From Chiloscyllium plagiosum (taxonomy: Eukaryota): a stretch of DNA of 64,000 bases. The notes under the pieces were generated by a model. The model had not been told where the DNA came from. It saw only the letters and a program-made list of their open reading frames with translations, and did no database searches. Positions within the stretch are counted from its first letter, which is position 1, and each line of letters opens with the position of its first letter. The translations under genes were made by a program, and so were the position numbers. The stretch lies in contig NC_057718.1 in assembly GCF_004010195.1 (NCBI RefSeq), positions 43,921,809 through 43,985,808 of the forward strand, given 5' to 3'. Of the stretch, positions 62,020-64,000 are shown in pieces.

Positions 62020-62792
62020 TCATCTTGTCATATAAACACAGTGGCTACAAGAGCAGCCCAGACGCTAGGAATACTGCAGAGTGTAACTTGCCTCCTAGTC
62101 TGAAGAAGGGTCACTGGCGTCAGAACATTAAGTCTGATTTCTCTCCACAGATGCTGCCACACCTGCTGCATTTTTTCAACAATTTCTGTTTTGTTTCTGA
62201 TTTTCAGCATCCTCAGTTCTTTTGTTTTTTTTAACTTACTCTTGACTCCCCTAAGCTTGTAATCCATCTACAAACCACAAATCAGGAGTGTGATGGAATA
62301 CTCTCCACTTCCCTGGATGAATGCAACTCCAACAACACTCAAGAATCTTGACACCATCCAGGACAAAACAGCCCACTTGATTAGTGTTACATCCACAAAC
62401 ATCTACTTGGTCCTCAGCAGCAGCAGTGTGTACCATCTACAACATGCACTGCAGGACTTCACCAAAGATCCTTAGACAGCACCTTCCAAACTCAGGATCA
62501 CTTCTATCTCGATATACAATGGCATTACATACATGGGAACACCACCACCTGCCAGTTGCTCTCCAAGCCACTCACCATTCTACTTGGTAATGTATCACTG
62601 TTCCTTAACTGTCATGAGGTCAAGATCCTGGAATTCCCTCCCTCAGGGCATTGTGGGCCAACCCACAGCACATGGACTGCAGTGGTTCACGAAGGTAGCT
62701 CGCCACTCCCTTCTCAAGGGCAACTAGGGAAGGGCAATAAAATGCTGACCAGCCAGCGATGTTCATGGCCCACGAGGGAATATATTAAAAAA
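62020..62792 (+). mobile_element. Non-LTR retrotransposon 3' fragment with nested PLE terminus (~62098-62232)
   Basis: MEYSPLPWMNATPTTLKNLDTIQDKTAHLI; insert ctgaagaagggtcactgg...tctccacagatgctgcc flanked by taacttgcctcct/taacttactctt. Confidence 0.82.
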
Positions 62793-64000
62793 ATTCCAAT
62801 TTTTTTTTCACCTTCTGTACATTAGTTAAATCTATTTTATATTATCTGCTTTACACTTCATGGTTTGCATTCTCCATGGCACAGCGAAGATTCTTATGTC
62901 TGATTGGTTAGAGACAATCCCCAGCTCTTGTTATGTTCAAAGATGTGACAAATCCCCTGTATAAGGTACTGCATCAAAACAATAAAACAATTGAAACTCC
63001 CACTGATAAGCCCGTCATAACCCACTGGTAACTGTCAGTGAAGAGAATGCCAAGTACTATTTCGCCACAACTAAGAATAAAGTCCAGGACATTGTTTCCC
63101 AGGTTAATGAATTAAGAGCTAGGCTATGTAATTTTATTTCGACTGCCTTAAGTTAAATGGAAACTGCAATTGAAGAAGCAGGAAATATAAAAAATGCAAT
63201 GTATGAATGTAGTTCAGCAACTGTTCTATAAAATCTACTGGATTAAAAAAAAATACTTTTGTAATTGTTACAGAATTCTGGAATGAAACTCACATTGGTT
63301 ATAGGTTAAACACTATGCATATGTTTAGCCAAAACACAAAGTGCTAGAACTTGTGACTCAGCTAATGCAAAGCTAACGTCACTCATTCTTACTCAAGGTC
63401 AATTGGAAAACAGCTTCAAGCATAGATATGTGGACTTAAATGTGACTATACAAATATTATTCCATTCCACTTTTATCATCATACCACTTTCATCCCACTT
63501 TCAGACTCCCCCCTCCTTTTAAAAAAAGTCTATTGCTATAGCGGCTTTTTTAAAATTTGCTCATTAAACTTGTTACAGAGAGTTGTCTTGTCATTAGTAG
63601 TGCAAGTCCCTTTAAATTATATGAAGTTATAATGACTGACAAACAATCTCTCTGGAAATAAAAATTAATCAGGCATGGAATCTTATTAATTTAGATTTTG
63701 GATATTTTATGCACGTTTCTAAAAATATCACGTGTTAATTTTTACAATGTTTCATACCATTTATTACTCTTTCCTAATCTCTCTCTCTTAATCCAATTTA
63801 AATTTAAATCTTAATTTATTTATGTTTCAGTAACTGATTTGGAATAAGTTTGACCCCTTTAATCCATGTTTTTTCTTAATCTTTCTTGTCATTATTTTCC
63901 AATCTTTAAATTTTATCTATTAATGCAATGCCTTGTGATTACCCAGGCCATTCAGATTTCAGGGAAACAGTGTACTCAAATACTCTTTCTCTCAGTCAGC

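Overview
AT-rich vertebrate non-coding DNA. The repeat content (HE1/V-SINE-like SINEs, Deu-domain SINE, CR1-like LINEs, Penelope-like elements) points to a cartilaginous fish, probably a shark; this is inference. I recognise no intact host protein-coding gene, rRNA, tRNA or CRISPR array. Most listed ORFs are spurious or transposon fragments. The window is a mosaic of nested mobile elements. (1) About ten Penelope-like element (PLE) termini carry hammerhead-ribozyme-like cores; several are inverted or palindromic mini-insertions with long target-site duplications (TSDs). (2) A decayed Ty1/copia element (18585-24490) has its integrase interrupted by a younger TSD-flanked LTR composite carrying non-retroviral cargo. 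(3) An internally deleted Gypsy element (50275-58491, minus strand) hosts Harbinger, Tc1/pogo MITE, CR1 and SINE insertions. (4) Further features are Harbinger remnants, two local templated duplications and a 66-bp TTAA-flanked hairpin. Family names come from motif recognition by eye, without a database search, and boundaries of old elements are approximate.
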